Shown: positions 21,272 to 33,885 of the stretch, one piece after another
Numbering within the stretch: the first letter of the stretch is position 1
How the letters are laid out: each line of letters begins with the position of its first letter
Assembly: GCF_000281045.1 (NCBI RefSeq)
Contig: NW_008246186.1
Coordinates: 71,460-118,353 of the forward strand
Length of the DNA: 46,894 bases
Direction of reading: 5' to 3'
DNA from: Saprolegnia diclina VS20
Taxonomy: Eukaryota
Translations under genes and position numbers: made by a program
Notes under the pieces: generated by a model
What the model was told of the DNA's origin: nothing
Database searches by the model: none
What the model saw: only the letters and a program-made list of their open reading frames with translations

Positions 21272-23831
21272 AGGACGCATGCGATGACAACTTGTCTTGC
21301 GAGCGCGACCCCACAACAACTCGACAACGTCGATCGAGTAGCCAGTGCGATGAATTTTGGCCTCACGCACAATGATGGTCTTTGCGTTCGCTAGCACTTG
21401 CAATTTGTATGTAAACAGAATGTGCAAGTGATGACAACAGCGCGCGAATCAGCGGCGTGCAAGCTTGTAAAAGGGCGCGTTTTAAAACAATTGCATACCT
21501 GCGCATCACGGACACAGAGAAGTACGGAATTGCTCTCCGACGGTTTAAACTATAGACCGCGTCGTCAATTGAGATAATATCGGCACTGTATACACGAGGG
21601 CATTAGCGTCATTCGTAATATCGCAACTACCTTCGCTGATTTTACAGGCGTACAAAAGATCTATGGTGGACATTAATAAGACAATCATGTCGTCGGTAGT
21701 GTCATGTACTAGTACAGTGTATTTTACAAAATGCACCGTGTATTCACTTGGCAACTCAACGGCAAAGTCAAGTGGCAAGAGTGGCATCCCAGATGGCATC
21801 CTAAGCACCACATGCTTTTACAAGTGACGCGACAACATGTGATACTGGGTCTGGACGTGCTCTGAACGTGTGCGCCAGCAGTATCTGTCTTGCTACAATT
21901 GACAATTGGCTGGCGGAGTTTGCTTCACAGACGACTTTTCACACTGGTCGAAAGATTCGAAAACGGTTTGATCATAACTGGAAGCGTGCGTAGGATGGAC
22001 CAGGACTCTTTTCTTTATCGGGTTCCTGTTGCAAAGTATCACTTAGTGCAGCGTTGGACTTGACTGTGGCACTTTCAAAGTAGCTGCGACGCCGTGAGTG
22101 CTGACGCCGTGGCAACGCGGATGTTGTAATGTTGACGTTTTGAAGCGTTTGGTCGTTGCTTTGAAATTGGATGAGCTTTCGTAGCGACCTAGGTCGTCAG
22201 TCCTTGCCATAGCAAATGTGTCTTGCGTGTAGATTGCATCCATGGGCAACTTGGCGCGCTACTACACGTTAATGCGTCCATTTCCATTCAAAAATGCGAG
22301 CCATTGGCGATGTGTCGCATTCTAAATGAAGCACAAACGTAGGTGTCAGTAGGATCATGTGCGGCGCGTGTAGACGCTTGTGTGGGTCGGTGAACACTCC
22401 ATTTCCACGACTAAAGCGACGTTTCTCCCTGCGCTTCGTGTGCACATCGATTGCAATCCAGCGTTTACTAACTGCGCTTCGAAAAACGGTCTCCAAGATT
22501 AGTTCAAGACAGGCAGCGTTGTGTTTGCTAACCAAAATGAAACGTACGGACAATGTCAATGACACCACCCAACGAAGGAGTATTACTCCTTGGAGTCGTT
22601 ATCACCGACGTCCACACAGGCTCACTTGTCTGCGTGGCGACGTCAAGCTTTATGATTGTGTGTCAAACAGCCTCGATTTGACCGTGGGACGACGATGGGC
22701 TCTGATTGGTACGTTTGTCGATTGTTTGTTCTGAAGGCCATCTGATTGGTCGTTCACTACGAGTGTCCACGGCACTCACAAACATGCGGTTTCCAGCCTC
22801 TCGTATGTTACGAGCTCGCTCACGCTCCCTCAACAGGAGCTCAGAGAATTAGCTCCAACATGGTTTTCTATACGCTGAGCGATCCTTCTTGCAGCCCATT
22901 CGCTTAAACTCCAGTTGATGCGTCTTGAAACGTAGTTCTTTCTCCAGGCCACGTCGGCTGCATGGAGCCGACTGTGCGCACTGGTGTACATGTAGCGTGA
23001 TGTCAGCTTTTCCTCACCCACCAGCATTGATGACGGCGCCAGGAAGGCGGAAGGTAGGTAAACGGTAGTTGTACGTCCGACGTGACCGTCGCCTCAAGTA
23101 CCGTGTGAGTTCGAGCTCTACCGCTTGCCTAGGGTGAGCAACGCATTGGACGCTGGCTGTGAAGCGTCCTTCACTTTGGAAGTACTAGTAGGGGAGGAAA
23201 CAGTGCGGACTTCTGGTGCAGGCTCAATAGCTACAAATGATGTTCCAAAGTTTCATAGTGCAAACCACGTACCTAGACAACAGGTACGGACACTGTACGG
23301 CTTGTACTACCATTAGCGCACGTGTGGTTATTAATCGCCTCATAAAATCGATGATCCAGTCGTACACAGTTGGCGCAAGAGCTCAAGGAGGTGTAACACA
23401 GCATCGCGCAGTTCAACTCTATCCTGGAAGCAAGAGGTCAAGTGCGCCGGGATAGTGCCCGGGATTCCATCCATCACTCGTGTGTGTGGCCGCAAACTGC
23501 TGCTACTAGTGATGGGCCATCGAACCCCAGGTGGATTCGCTACGCTCGGTGTTTGTATGTCAAGAGTTGTCGCTGTGTGGACGCTGATTAACCCCCTCCT
23601 GGACGTTATTACTTGTTTGAATCCAAGACCAGCCGGGACATGACCAATTGAAATGGCACTTTTCAGGTCGTCTCTGATTGGCCCAATTTTGGATTGCTTG
23701 TCAAACGCCGCATCCCATTGGTCTTCGGCGTGGCCGCTGTCGGGCGAGCCTGTTGTCTGGGGCGCGGCCAACTGCAACCGAAGCACACGAGGTGGACTCA
23801 TTTTACTTTCTGCCACCGCACCTTCACGTCC

Positions 23832-24365
23832 ATGGATCAAGCTCCAAGCATCGCTTGCCGCTTTAACGGCTGCGAAAACATCGCACTACCCAACCTCGCC
23901 AAGTGCGACTTTCACCGCCATCGGCTGCCGTGTCAAGTGCACGACTGCAACAACATTGTGTACGCTCGGAAGCTCTGCGTGCGCCATGGCGGGAAGCCTC
24001 AATGTAGACACGACGGCTGCGATGCCAACGCCCGGGGTGGCGGCTTCTGCGCCCGCCACGCCAAGGTGCACGTCAAGCACGTCTGTCTTGAGCCGCTCTG
24101 CAACAGCGTCGCCCACGCCAAAAGCAAATGTGTGCGCCATGGGGGCGGACGCCGCTGCCGCGAGCCCGAGTGCCATACGCTTGCTCGCTCGGGTGGCTTT
24201 TGCCGCCGCCATGCCGACGGTCCAATGAAAATGGATGACGAGCCGAACTGGCACGACATTGAGGTCGGCATGGACCATGTTCCGACCTTTGAAGACCTGG
24301 ACCAATCAATCTTGGACTGCATCTTGGCAACGACAGAGCCCATGATGACGACCATGCTGTTTTAG
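23832..24365 (+). CDS. CVRHGGG-type zinc-finger repeat protein, paralog 4
   Basis: MDQAPSIACRFNGC...; NIVYARKLCVRHGG; tail LDQSILDCIL; INR ACTCATTTTACTTTC at 23796. Confidence 0.9.
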   Translation: MDQAPSIACRFNGCENIALPNLAKCDFHRHRLPCQVHDCNNIVYARKLCVRHGGKPQCRHDGCDANARGGGFCARHAKVHVKHVCLEPLCNSVAHAKSKCVRHGGGRRCREPECHTLARSGGFCRRHADGPMKMDDEPNWHDIEVGMDHVPTFEDLDQSILDCILATTEPMMTTMLF

Positions 24366-25031
24366 AGCATCGTATGCGACTGTTATTTAGTACTATTTAA
24401 TGAACGACCTGTACTTTCGAAAGCTCCTCCAACTGTTTTTAAATTGTGTCAAACCATGATGCACTGTTGTTGCTGTTGTGAACGTGTGCCGCTACGCTTG
24501 AATGCGTGGGAGTTAGCGCCAGCACTTGACCGTTGGGAGTGACGCACTGGACAATAAAATGATCGTACAGCCACGGTACTGTAGTGCTATGCAACGAAGA
24601 CGATGCTTTTCGGCACTTTAGCTACCTCTGGGAATGGATAACGCTGCCGCACAGGGACACGTATTTTCGGGCCGGCGTTGGGCTGCGGGCAACGATTTCT
24701 GGGAGACAGGAGGCGGTTTCCACCATCTTCTATTCAACCTAAACGGCATCAACGCAACTTTGAGCACGAGCTTACATACTCGTGCAAAAGGGGGGAAACC
24801 TTCGGTAATGCGAACCACATTGATTTATTTTGGAAATCATTTGCGGTCGAAAAGGATTGCATTCGAGTTGACGCGAGATGGCGCGACATGCGGTCGTCCA
24901 TTTAAGTCCGTAATGCACCTAAAGCGGTCAACGACACACATACAAATATCATGTAGTAACAATCTCAGAAGCGTACTTAACGCGGGCACTGAATTCTGCC
25001 GTCCACTAGCTCCGTCCGACACACCTTGAAT

Positions 25032-25064
25032 CAAGATCAACACCAAGGCTTGGTGTTGATTTTG
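25032..25064. repeat. Inverted repeat / palindrome
   Basis: ATCAACACCAAG (25036-25047), G, CTTGGTGTTGAT (25049-25060): perfect 12-bp arms, extendable outward by one G-T pair and three more matches. Confidence 0.85.
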
Positions 25065-25867
25065 GTCGACGCAACGAACATGCGCCAGTCCCATGGTCCG
25101 TATCAAGCAAATACGCTCTTTGTTGTAACTGCGCAGAACATCTTCGAGGATTCGCGAGTTTCAACGGTTTGAAGGTACTCCAAGAACGTCGCCACCACGT
25201 CAGCTAAATCCAATCGTCTCTGCTATGGCAAGGGATACAAAATTGGTTATTGCATTGGCCATGGTCACGATGGCGGACGCAATCAGCGCATCTACACTCC
25301 ACGCACGATCAGTTTGTGCACAGTATGATGAAGCCACAAGCCACAAGGCGTTCAAGGTAGCGCGAAACCATGTCTGGTCGTGTCCACGCACCCCGCCTGG
25401 TCGACCCTCATTAGCGACGCGAGTTACCTCTTCCGAATACTGGTAGAAAGGATCGTGGCTTGCCTTTGTCTCTACCACGATCTCGCGTACCAACGCAAAG
25501 TGCAATTTGGCTCGGTACAACTAAACGGCGGCGGTCCGAACTTGCTGAATTTTTGGCGTTTTCCGGATTTCCGGCGAGTTGATCAGGTCCAAGAGTGGGA
25601 CAAGCCAGTTTTGGGATGACAGGTCGAGCGCAACAGTGGGCCGTTATTCATCTTCAACCTTTGTCGCCAATTATTTCAAGCCCACGTGCACCAAGCACTG
25701 TACTGGTCCATGTATGGGGCTTACCGAAACTTCAGGGCCCATCACTCATGCGCGCCATAGTGCGCTGAATGGTCGATCTCATGCATCGATATTGTCCAAA
25801 ATGGATCTCCTTGTGGAAGAAGACCATCCGATCATTTTCCATTTCATCGTCTTTCCTCCGCACCAAA

Positions 25868-26410
25868 ATGGACGCGCAGTGTTGCTTCCGAGGCTGCTCC
25901 AAGCCAGCTATGCCGCAGTCCAACAAATGTGCCTTCCATCGCAACCGGCTCTGCTGCGCCGTGAGTACGTGCAACAATCAAGTGTACGCGCGTGGTCTGT
26001 GCGTTCGCCACGGCGGCACCAAGCCGTGTCTCGCCACGGACTGTGACGCAAACGCCCGCACCGGCGGCTACTGCTCGCGCCACTCGCTCGTCAACACAAA
26101 AAAACAGTGCATTGAGGCGGGGTGTGCCAACATTGCGCACTCGCGCAAGAAGTGCGTGCGTCATGGCGGCGGGCGCAAGTGCAAACTCGTCGAGTGCGAA
26201 ACGCTCGCGCGCATCGCAGGCTACTGCCAACGGCACTCCAAGCAGCTGCTCAAAGACGCCGTCGCGACCAACGAGGTCGTTCCCGACACGTGGATCGAGG
26301 ACGCCATGCCCATGGACACGCTGGACGACCTCATTCTCGACTTTGTCTTGATCACGACGACGACCGGGCTTGTGGCCTCGGGCGATAGTGTATACAAGGA
26401 CATCGCGTAA
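25868..26410 (+). CDS. CVRHGGG-type zinc-finger repeat protein, paralog 5
   Basis: MDAQCCFRGC...; five fingers; tail LDDLILDFVL; INR GATCATTTTCCATTTC at 25830. Confidence 0.9.
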   Translation: MDAQCCFRGCSKPAMPQSNKCAFHRNRLCCAVSTCNNQVYARGLCVRHGGTKPCLATDCDANARTGGYCSRHSLVNTKKQCIEAGCANIAHSRKKCVRHGGGRKCKLVECETLARIAGYCQRHSKQLLKDAVATNEVVPDTWIEDAMPMDTLDDLILDFVLITTTTGLVASGDSVYKDIA

Positions 26411-27033
26411 TGCGTCCCCGGTGCTCTTTTCTACGTTTATAAGTTATACATGGCAATTGAATCCAATTCAACATACGTTTCGTCTTGGGTTGAGCCGCTT
26501 TTAGAATGCTGTTCCTTCGTTTCCTAGTTCACCCAAGCTAAAAGAAGCTAGATCGCGCTGCACTTTGGTGCATGCGGCTTTGGCACCGGTGATTCGATAC
26601 GTGTTATAGATCGTTGCGCCAAATCACCATTTCGCTCTGCCTGGAAAAATCCAATTGCAATAGTTACATGTTCTCCTCGTTCCACTTGACAGACATACCT
26701 TACCTTACGGTCCAGCTGTGAGCTCCCCCAGTGGCCAGCACAGTATCATACGACCACATGTACTACTGGCCTGTGCATCACGACAAATATATCAGCAGCT
26801 CGTCGCACGGTAACAAGCATGCCGCCACGCTTGTTTGGGCCGAGATAAAGAGCGAGAGCGCAGTTCTCGGCAGAGCCAGTAATGAGTAGTTATCTCGGGC
26901 TTAGCGCTTCTCCTTCTAATGTCCGCTGAGCTTCTTGCGTCCTCGAGGCTAGCTATACAGCACCACCATTGAAACCAGGCAACGACATGTGCACAGTGAT
27001 ATTCATATGAGATATTAGTTGTCTCGCGCTCGA

Positions 27034-27588
27034 TTACAAATCGTAGACTTCCATTTCCAATGCACTAAGTGGTGGTGTCATCGGCTCGATCCGCGGGGAG
27101 TCGATCAGTAGGCACTGCAAAATCTTGTTGTCGAGCTCCTGCAGGTCATCGCTGGCCGCCATATCGACTTGGACGGGGCTTGCGCGTAGCGACACCTTGG
27201 ATGGATTGTGGCGGCGGCAAAAGCCACCCGTTCGTGCCAAGCTTACGCAAAGCTCTTCTCCGCAACGCCGTGCGCCGCCGTGCCGGACGCACTTGGACCG
27301 AGAGTGGGCGAGGTTCCGGCAGTGGGGCTCCGAGCACGCGCGCTTGGCGGTAGGAAGCGCGTGCCGCGAGCAGTAGCCGTCGATGCGGGCGTTCGCACTG
27401 CAGTCGTCTTGGGCGCACTGCAACTTGCCGCCGTGGCGCACGCAAAGCTGGCGCGCGTAGACAATGTTGTTGCAGCCGTCAATGTGGCACACGAGACGAT
27501 GGCGGTGAAACTCGCACTTGCCGAGGACCGGCAAGGCGCGCTGGGTGCAGCCGTTGAAGCGACAGCTCGTGGACGACGGTGCGCGCAT
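27034..27588 (-). CDS. CVRHGGG-type zinc-finger repeat protein, paralog 6
   Basis: MRAPSSTSCRFNGC...; NIVYARQLCVRHGG; tail LDNKILQCLL; INR GTCATTTCTCCATTTC at 27596-27611 (minus). Confidence 0.9.
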   Translation of the reverse strand: MRAPSSTSCRFNGCTQRALPVLGKCEFHRHRLVCHIDGCNNIVYARQLCVRHGGKLQCAQDDCSANARIDGYCSRHALPTAKRACSEPHCRNLAHSRSKCVRHGGARRCGEELCVSLARTGGFCRRHNPSKVSLRASPVQVDMAASDDLQELDNKILQCLLIDSPRIEPMTPPLSALEMEVYDL

Positions 27589-28298
27589 GTTGTGTGAAAT
27601 GGAGAAATGACGTGAGCTGCCAGCCTCTTTTGCGCGCGCTCCAGTACGCCAGGTCAAGACCAATGGTGCTGGCGGACTGGATTTGCACAGATACTTGCGC
27701 GGCAAACAACTCATATGGACCGCCATGTCGTGCAGCGTTGTCGTCCCTCGAACGCAGCCTGGTTTCCAGTGGAGCAGACTCGAAGGAACGCCTCTGTACT
27801 TTGATGGTGCTTGGACACCGCGTTTGACCGAGTTGCTCGCTTGCGCTCGACCTTGTATGTCCCTAGATCGCGACAAACGCAGTCTTGCGTCGACGTGCAC
27901 TGTACCCCCCGTAGAGTGTTAACTATCAGATTCCAAGGTGCATAGTGGAATTCCGGTCGAGTTCAAACTGCCATCCATACCTATTGGCCCGCCACGATTG
28001 GCGGTGCTCGGGTTAGTGGGCCTTACTTGTCACGGAGAATCAAAGTGTGGCAGCGCATTACTTGTCCTAGAGAATCCAAGATCCGTGCGTTCAGTTGTGA
28101 AAGCCGACAACTCGATCAGTAGTCATCATGCCGAGATCCATTTACTGGTATGCTGAAAACGATCGTCCGACCCAGCCATACTCTGCATTTGTATACTGCG
28201 CGATGTTGTCGATACGCGCTAGCAACTCATACATGCGCGAACTCGGCAAGCGACAAGAAAAGAATCACGTGATAAGTTAGCATTTTACAAAAAGGGCT

Positions 28299-28850
28299 TT
28301 ACAACGCGTACCATTCGACATCGATCGTGGTCGGCGACGACGACGCCGTGTCATTCGCACACGTCTTGATCAAGCAGTCCAAAATGGCATCGTCGAGCGG
28401 CTCGATCGCGTCGATCCAATCCAAGGCCAAGTCGAATGCATCGGCGCACGTCACTTCCTGGCGATGCCGCACGCAGCAGCCGCCCTTGCGCGCCAGTGTA
28501 CTGCAGCCGTCGACGTAGCAGCGACGCCCGCCGCCGTGGCGGACGCACAAGCCCTTGGCGTGCGCGGCGTTCGTGCAGAGCGGCTGCGAGCAGAGGCGCT
28601 TGCTGCGGACCTCGGTGTGGCGGTAGCAAAACCCGCCGGGCCGCGCGTTCGCATCACAGTGGTCGTGGGCGCACTTGGGCTTGCCGCCGTGGCGCACGCA
28701 GAGCTGGCGGGCGTACACAATGTTGTTGCAGCGCGCGACGGAGCACGGAAGGCGGTGGCGGTGGAAGTTGCACTTGCCCAAGCCGTCGATCGCTGGGTTG
28801 CTACACCCGTTGAAGCGGCAGATCTCTTGAGAGGAGGACGTCGTTTGCAT
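28299..28850 (-). CDS. CVRHGGG-type zinc-finger repeat protein, paralog 7
   Basis: MQTTSSSQEICRFNGC...; NIVYARQLCVRHGG; tail LDDAILDCLI. Confidence 0.9.
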   Translation of the reverse strand: MQTTSSSQEICRFNGCSNPAIDGLGKCNFHRHRLPCSVARCNNIVYARQLCVRHGGKPKCAHDHCDANARPGGFCYRHTEVRSKRLCSQPLCTNAAHAKGLCVRHGGGRRCYVDGCSTLARKGGCCVRHRQEVTCADAFDLALDWIDAIEPLDDAILDCLIKTCANDTASSSPTTIDVEWYAL

Positions 28851-28860
28851 GTCTTGGAGC

Positions 28861-28876
28861 GAAAATGGAAATGAGC
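28861..28876 (-). promoter_or_regulatory. INR+FPR core promoter of paralog 7
   Basis: Minus strand GCTCATTTCCATTTTC, a close match to the oomycete consensus, ending 11 nt before the ATG. Confidence 0.7.
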
Positions 28877-29921
28877 TACACACAGAGTCGCGTAGGTGCC
28901 CATGGCGCGGACGAATCGCAGGAAACAACTCAGCGACGTTGTTCAACAACTCATGCAGTTTGCACCATCTGGCGCTGCATTCGGATCCGGATAAGATGGC
29001 GGCGCGTGGCCCGGCAACGAAACGACGTCGAGACCGCATTGGACGCCAGCGCCGATCGATACAAGCGACCGCAGCCAAGAATAACGTATATACATGTACG
29101 AGGACCCGATAGATTCCACATACATTTTTTTTGGCTATCGATGCCGTCCTTGGAATGATGCGTGCACCACGCACGAAGGCCGACTGGGGCCTCCTCGGAA
29201 TTTTCAACGTGCAACAATTTTGCCACAAGCAGGCCACAACAACTTGCATTTCTACGTGCTTCCAACAAGAGAAAGGCTCGGGCTCGCCCTCTTTATCCAA
29301 TCGCGCGGACTAATGTTCATGTTATCCACGAGCTGCACACTGCCAGAGTTGCAATTGCACGTGTCGTGTCGACCAGTCGACAGCATTCGTTGACGTTCTT
29401 CTCGTCGTTTGAACGTGCTCGCGACGCAATATCTGAAGCTCTTCGCGTAGTTGCGACTGGGATTCCAGCACTTGTGTGCGTTAGAACGGGTGTGTTGTGG
29501 TGGGCTACGGCGCTTTCACTTTTACGTGGCAGCATTTGCTCGAGTCCGACGCGACACAATGCGGATAAGTGTGTCCATGCGTAAATGTGCACTTTGGTAC
29601 GAAGAACTGCACTGCGGTGGGCTTGTAAAACGCGCTGCGCTTTGCCAATCACGCAACCGGATCAGCGGTCCACAAGTCGGGAAAACAACAAAACGACCAT
29701 CACTCATGGTATCCGGAGTTGGGCCATGAAATTCACTCCGTGGACGAGTTAGTTGTTCTTGCTTCTGTTGCCGTCGCCAGCATCGATGTCGATGTCGAAA
29801 GAGACAGAAACACAACATGTTGTCGCGTGGTCTACACGTTGTCGTGTGATATGGAAGAAAAGATACTTGCGACCGCATTGTGAAAATCTCAGTGTCTCGG
29901 GCAGACCACCAACCACCGACG

Positions 29922-30512
29922 ATGGACGCAACGACAATCAACTGCTGCTTTAACGGTTGCACGAACGTCGCGATGCCCGATGGCACCAAATGCACGTTTC
30001 ATCGAAGCCGAGTGTGCTGCTCGTTTGAAAACTGCTTCAACCAAGTGTACGCGCGCGGCCTCTGCGTCCGCCACGGCGGCAAGAAGCAGTGCCTTGCCGA
30101 CAACTGCGAGACAAATGCGCGCACGGGCGGCTACTGCTCGCGCCACGCGATCGTCGGGCTCAAGAAGCAGTGCATCGAAGAAGGCTGCGTCAACTTGGCG
30201 CACGCCAACCAGCGCTGTGTGCGCCACGGCGGCGGCCGCAAGTGCAAGTTTGGCGAATGCACGTCCCTCGCGCGCATTGCGGGCTACTGCCAGCGCCACT
30301 CCAAGCAGATTCTCAACGATGCGCCGGCGATCGATCCCGACCTCCTCGTCCTTTTGCAAGCCGAAGATTGGTTCGACTCGGACAGCTCGAGCACGACGTC
30401 GTCACTGGAAGACTTGGACCACGCGATTTTGGATTGCGTCCTTCAAAGCACCACAGATGGCAGCAACAGCACGTCGTGGGGACGTGACGAGAGCCTCGTG
30501 TGCTCTCAATGA
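29922..30512 (+). CDS. CVRHGGG-type zinc-finger repeat protein, paralog 8
   Basis: MDATTINCCFNGC...; very similar to paralog 3; tail LDHAILDCVL. Confidence 0.9.
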   Translation: MDATTINCCFNGCTNVAMPDGTKCTFHRSRVCCSFENCFNQVYARGLCVRHGGKKQCLADNCETNARTGGYCSRHAIVGLKKQCIEEGCVNLAHANQRCVRHGGGRKCKFGECTSLARIAGYCQRHSKQILNDAPAIDPDLLVLLQAEDWFDSDSSSTTSSLEDLDHAILDCVLQSTTDGSNSTSWGRDESLVCSQ

Positions 30513-32228
30513 TACCTTCCGGTCTCGTCCTCAATCAACTTAACGTTAGGAATAATTTAGCCGTTCTTTATTCGTGCCATTATGATTTTGTCTGCCACGA
30601 AGTCCAAACTGGACCGAGGCCTGCTAGTTTGAGTGCCTCATGATGGAATATGGTTTTGGTTACGTTGTTGATGAACAGCGCGCCAATGTAGGTACAGTTC
30701 ACACTGCATCGGTCATGACGATGGACATTTGACGCCAAGCGCGTTGCGATTAAATGTCGGCGATAGAGCCCAGTTGTCGAGGAGACGAGGGCAGAATGAA
30801 GTTGATGTGGTCACGGAGCAATCCGTCCTCGCGCGAGGCGTCGCTTGGGTGGTCTGCAGCAAGGGCTTAATCAATCGAGTAAACAACATACCGCGAAAGG
30901 TGGCCGTCTCGGGTGACACGAGGAGCGTTATGGCGCGAAACACTCGTTGCGAGCCTGCGAGGCAGCGCAGGTGCGTAAGACCTCCCTGTAAAGCGACTGC
31001 GCGGGGCCAGTGTCGCAGTGTCATCGCAGCTACCCTTACTCAAGGGTCAAGGGGTGTTTGAGCTTTCTAGCGTCTTTGCGATTCGTAACGTTCGACGACG
31101 GATTTCTCCAGCGAATAACATCTCATCGTTGCCAGTGGTGGAGCTGGTTTTGAGTCTCCACGCATGTACATGAACGGGATTCCCGTTGTCCGTGGCCAGG
31201 CCATGCACAGACGCGACTACACGATGCCAAATAACCAAGGGCATCCATCTTACGTCGATGTTATGGCCTTGGAATAACCTTGTGCTGGGAGCTTTGCACA
31301 CTCACCTCGCAGGTCGATGCAAGGATCGCATCTACAGTGCAGCGCAGCCATTTGGAAGCCTGGCGCTAACGGACACAGCGGTTGAAATGCCAAGAGGTTC
31401 CTGGGGGTGTAAAGCGAATCCAACGCCGCGTCGAACGCGCCCGCGGGGTATGTTGCCGTTGCAACGAGAACTTATTGTATTACGTCCGCGGCGTCCATGG
31501 TCGCATCCACGAAGGGTGTTTCGTGTGCGACAGCGTGAGAGCGTGGATGCGGACGATGCAAACGCCGGGCGAAGCGTCTGCCGTACAGAGGTGCCGATCC
31601 GCGAGAGCTCGTGGAAAGCAGCGCACTGGCGATCAATCGCTGCGTTTCAGTCTGTTTTGCGAGCAACGTAAAAGCGTGCCAATGTCGAGTTACGTCACGT
31701 TCTTCGACGACGTCAAACACATTCGAGAAACGATTCCGCGCATGCCATAAGCGCCAGCTCCAAGCGCCGTGCGGATGCGTTGTCGTCGTACGCAAAGAGC
31801 GCCGCACGTTGCTCTTGGCTGCACGTCGCGGTTACTTTTCTATCGCGTGGCGACATCCGGATACGACGACGTGGCGGCGCGAGATTACACCGTGTAACCA
31901 CCCGCCCATCTGCCCATCTGCACAACGTGGCCACGCGTCCTTTTCCGGCTCCGCGAAGACATCTGCGACAAGCTGGGGCGACCACGAAGTGCGAGTTAGT
32001 CACTGGCGGTTCTATGGGATGCTCACTTCGCCGCTGAGGGCGCTCGCTATAGAGAGGGCTTGCTCCGCCGCATTTGACGACAATGGCGCAACGTAGTCGG
32101 TACGTGAGGGTATGTATGCACGTGGCCGGCGAGTACTACACAGCCTCACCCTTCCGTGCAGCATCGTCGTGCCAGCTGCGTGACGTCAACACGACGGTTG
32201 GGGGTCGTATCTGAGTTCCTGTATACCG

Positions 32229-32573
32229 NNNNNNNNNNNNNNNNNNNNNNNNNNNNNNNNNNNNNNNNNNNNNNNNNNNNNNNNNNNNNNNNNNNNNNNN
32301 NNNNNNNNNNNNNNNNNNNNNNNNNNNNNNNNNNNNNNNNNNNNNNNNNNNNNNNNNNNNNNNNNNNNNNNNNNNNNNNNNNNNNNNNNNNNNNNNNNNN
32401 NNNNNNNNNNNNNNNNNNNNNNNNNNNNNNNNNNNNNNNNNNNNNNNNNNNNNNNNNNNNNNNNNNNNNNNNNNNNNNNNNNNNNNNNNNNNNNNNNNNN
32501 NNNNNNNNNNNNNNNNNNNNNNNNNNNNNNNNNNNNNNNNNNNNNNNNNNNNNNNNNNNNNNNNNNNNNNNNN
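32229..32573. other. Assembly gap (N run)
   Basis: 345 consecutive N. Confidence 1.
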
Positions 32574-33093
32574 GTCCCATTAGATCCCTCTCTCGTCGTG
32601 GGCCCACGACCACGCTTGCGATCGTCTCCATACAAAACTGATTTGTTCGTGCCAGCGCGAAACTTGATTTATGTATGTCGTGTCGACGAACGTTGCTACA
32701 ATCACACACGGCGATCTGCATACATGGAGGCCCTTTGTATCGCGAGCTACTCACGCCTTACTGCTGTACGAGCCCCGTGAGTGTCGGCCTCCCTGCGTCG
32801 CCCCCTCATCGCGCCTAGGACCCTATAACAGGCTCTCTTTGTTGCAAGCGCCGGCGACGCGCCACCCCTCAAAAGGCTGTGGGACACGAGCGTCGCTTCT
32901 GGCCCAATCGTTGATGGTCGCCAGGTGGCGTGGTAGGATCGCAGCGCCTTACATTGCCCGAGATAAAACACGCACTCTGTACCTGTGAGCAACGCCGGTC
33001 GCAGGTGGTTTTGCGACCACGAACAGGTGGCTGTCGCCCTTTCCCTGCCTCTCCCCGCCGGCTTGACCACTCGTGCCATTCCGCTTTTGCAAT

Positions 33094-33885
33094 ATGAACG
33101 CCACGCCGTGTCTGTTCAACGAGTGCGCACACCCCGCCGTGCCGGGCACGCGCAAGTGCAGCTTCCATAAGAACCGCATCAAGTGCCATGTCGCCAACTG
33201 CCAGAACCAAGTGTACGCGCGGCACCTCTGCGTGCGGCACGGCGGCAAGAAGCAGTGCCAGTACGAGGGCTGTGTCATGAACGCGCGCGTCGGCAACTTT
33301 TGCTCGCGCCACGGCGCCAGCAACACGAAGAAGCAGTGCATCGAAGAAGGCTGCACCAAGATGGCGCACGCCAAGCAAAAGTGCGTCCGCCACGGCGGCG
33401 GCCGCAAGTGCCGTGTCGACAGCTGCAAGGCGCATGCGCGCACGGGCGGCTATTGCTGCCGCCACACCAAGCAAGTCGAGTCGAGCACGAAGAAGGAGCG
33501 GTCGCCGATCCCGCTGCCCGTGCTCTATGGTGTCCTCCCGCCGCTCGGCCAGTCGCTCGCGGCCGCGTCCAGCTCGATGGTGCAGCACGACTACGACCGA
33601 CCGTACCTGCCGCCGTCGGCGTGGCACGAGGCGTCGCACCTCCCGCCGTCCGCGCCGCTGCCGTCTCTGAACTCGTTCCTGCCGCCGCTTCGGTGCTTGG
33701 CCGCCCTCGCCGAGGCAAGCGCGCCCGCGCCCCGTATGGAAGTCAAGCCGAAGAATACCACGACCAACAACACAAATGCGACCCGCAACGAATATGCGGC
33801 GCACAGCGACTTGGCTGCCAAGGTCGAGTATGCGCAGGGCTTTACCGCCTACGAGCAGCCGCCGCGGCCTCTCTCGCCAGCCTAA
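33094..33885 (+). CDS. CVRHGGG-type zinc-finger repeat protein, paralog 9, with Pro/Leu-rich tail
   Basis: MNATPCLFNEC...; five fingers; long tail with LPVL, LPPL, LPSL and LPPLRCL; lacks the LDxxIL motif. Confidence 0.9.
   Translation: MNATPCLFNECAHPAVPGTRKCSFHKNRIKCHVANCQNQVYARHLCVRHGGKKQCQYEGCVMNARVGNFCSRHGASNTKKQCIEEGCTKMAHAKQKCVRHGGGRKCRVDSCKAHARTGGYCCRHTKQVESSTKKERSPIPLPVLYGVLPPLGQSLAAASSSMVQHDYDRPYLPPSAWHEASHLPPSAPLPSLNSFLPPLRCLAALAEASAPAPRMEVKPKNTTTNNTNATRNEYAAHSDLAAKVEYAQGFTAYEQPPRPLSPA

Noticed and set aside
20094..25619. Short intergenic ORFs (20094, 20306, 21545, 22830, 25200, 25380) as pseudogene fragments
   Set aside because: No motifs recognised; cannot be distinguished from chance without a database search.
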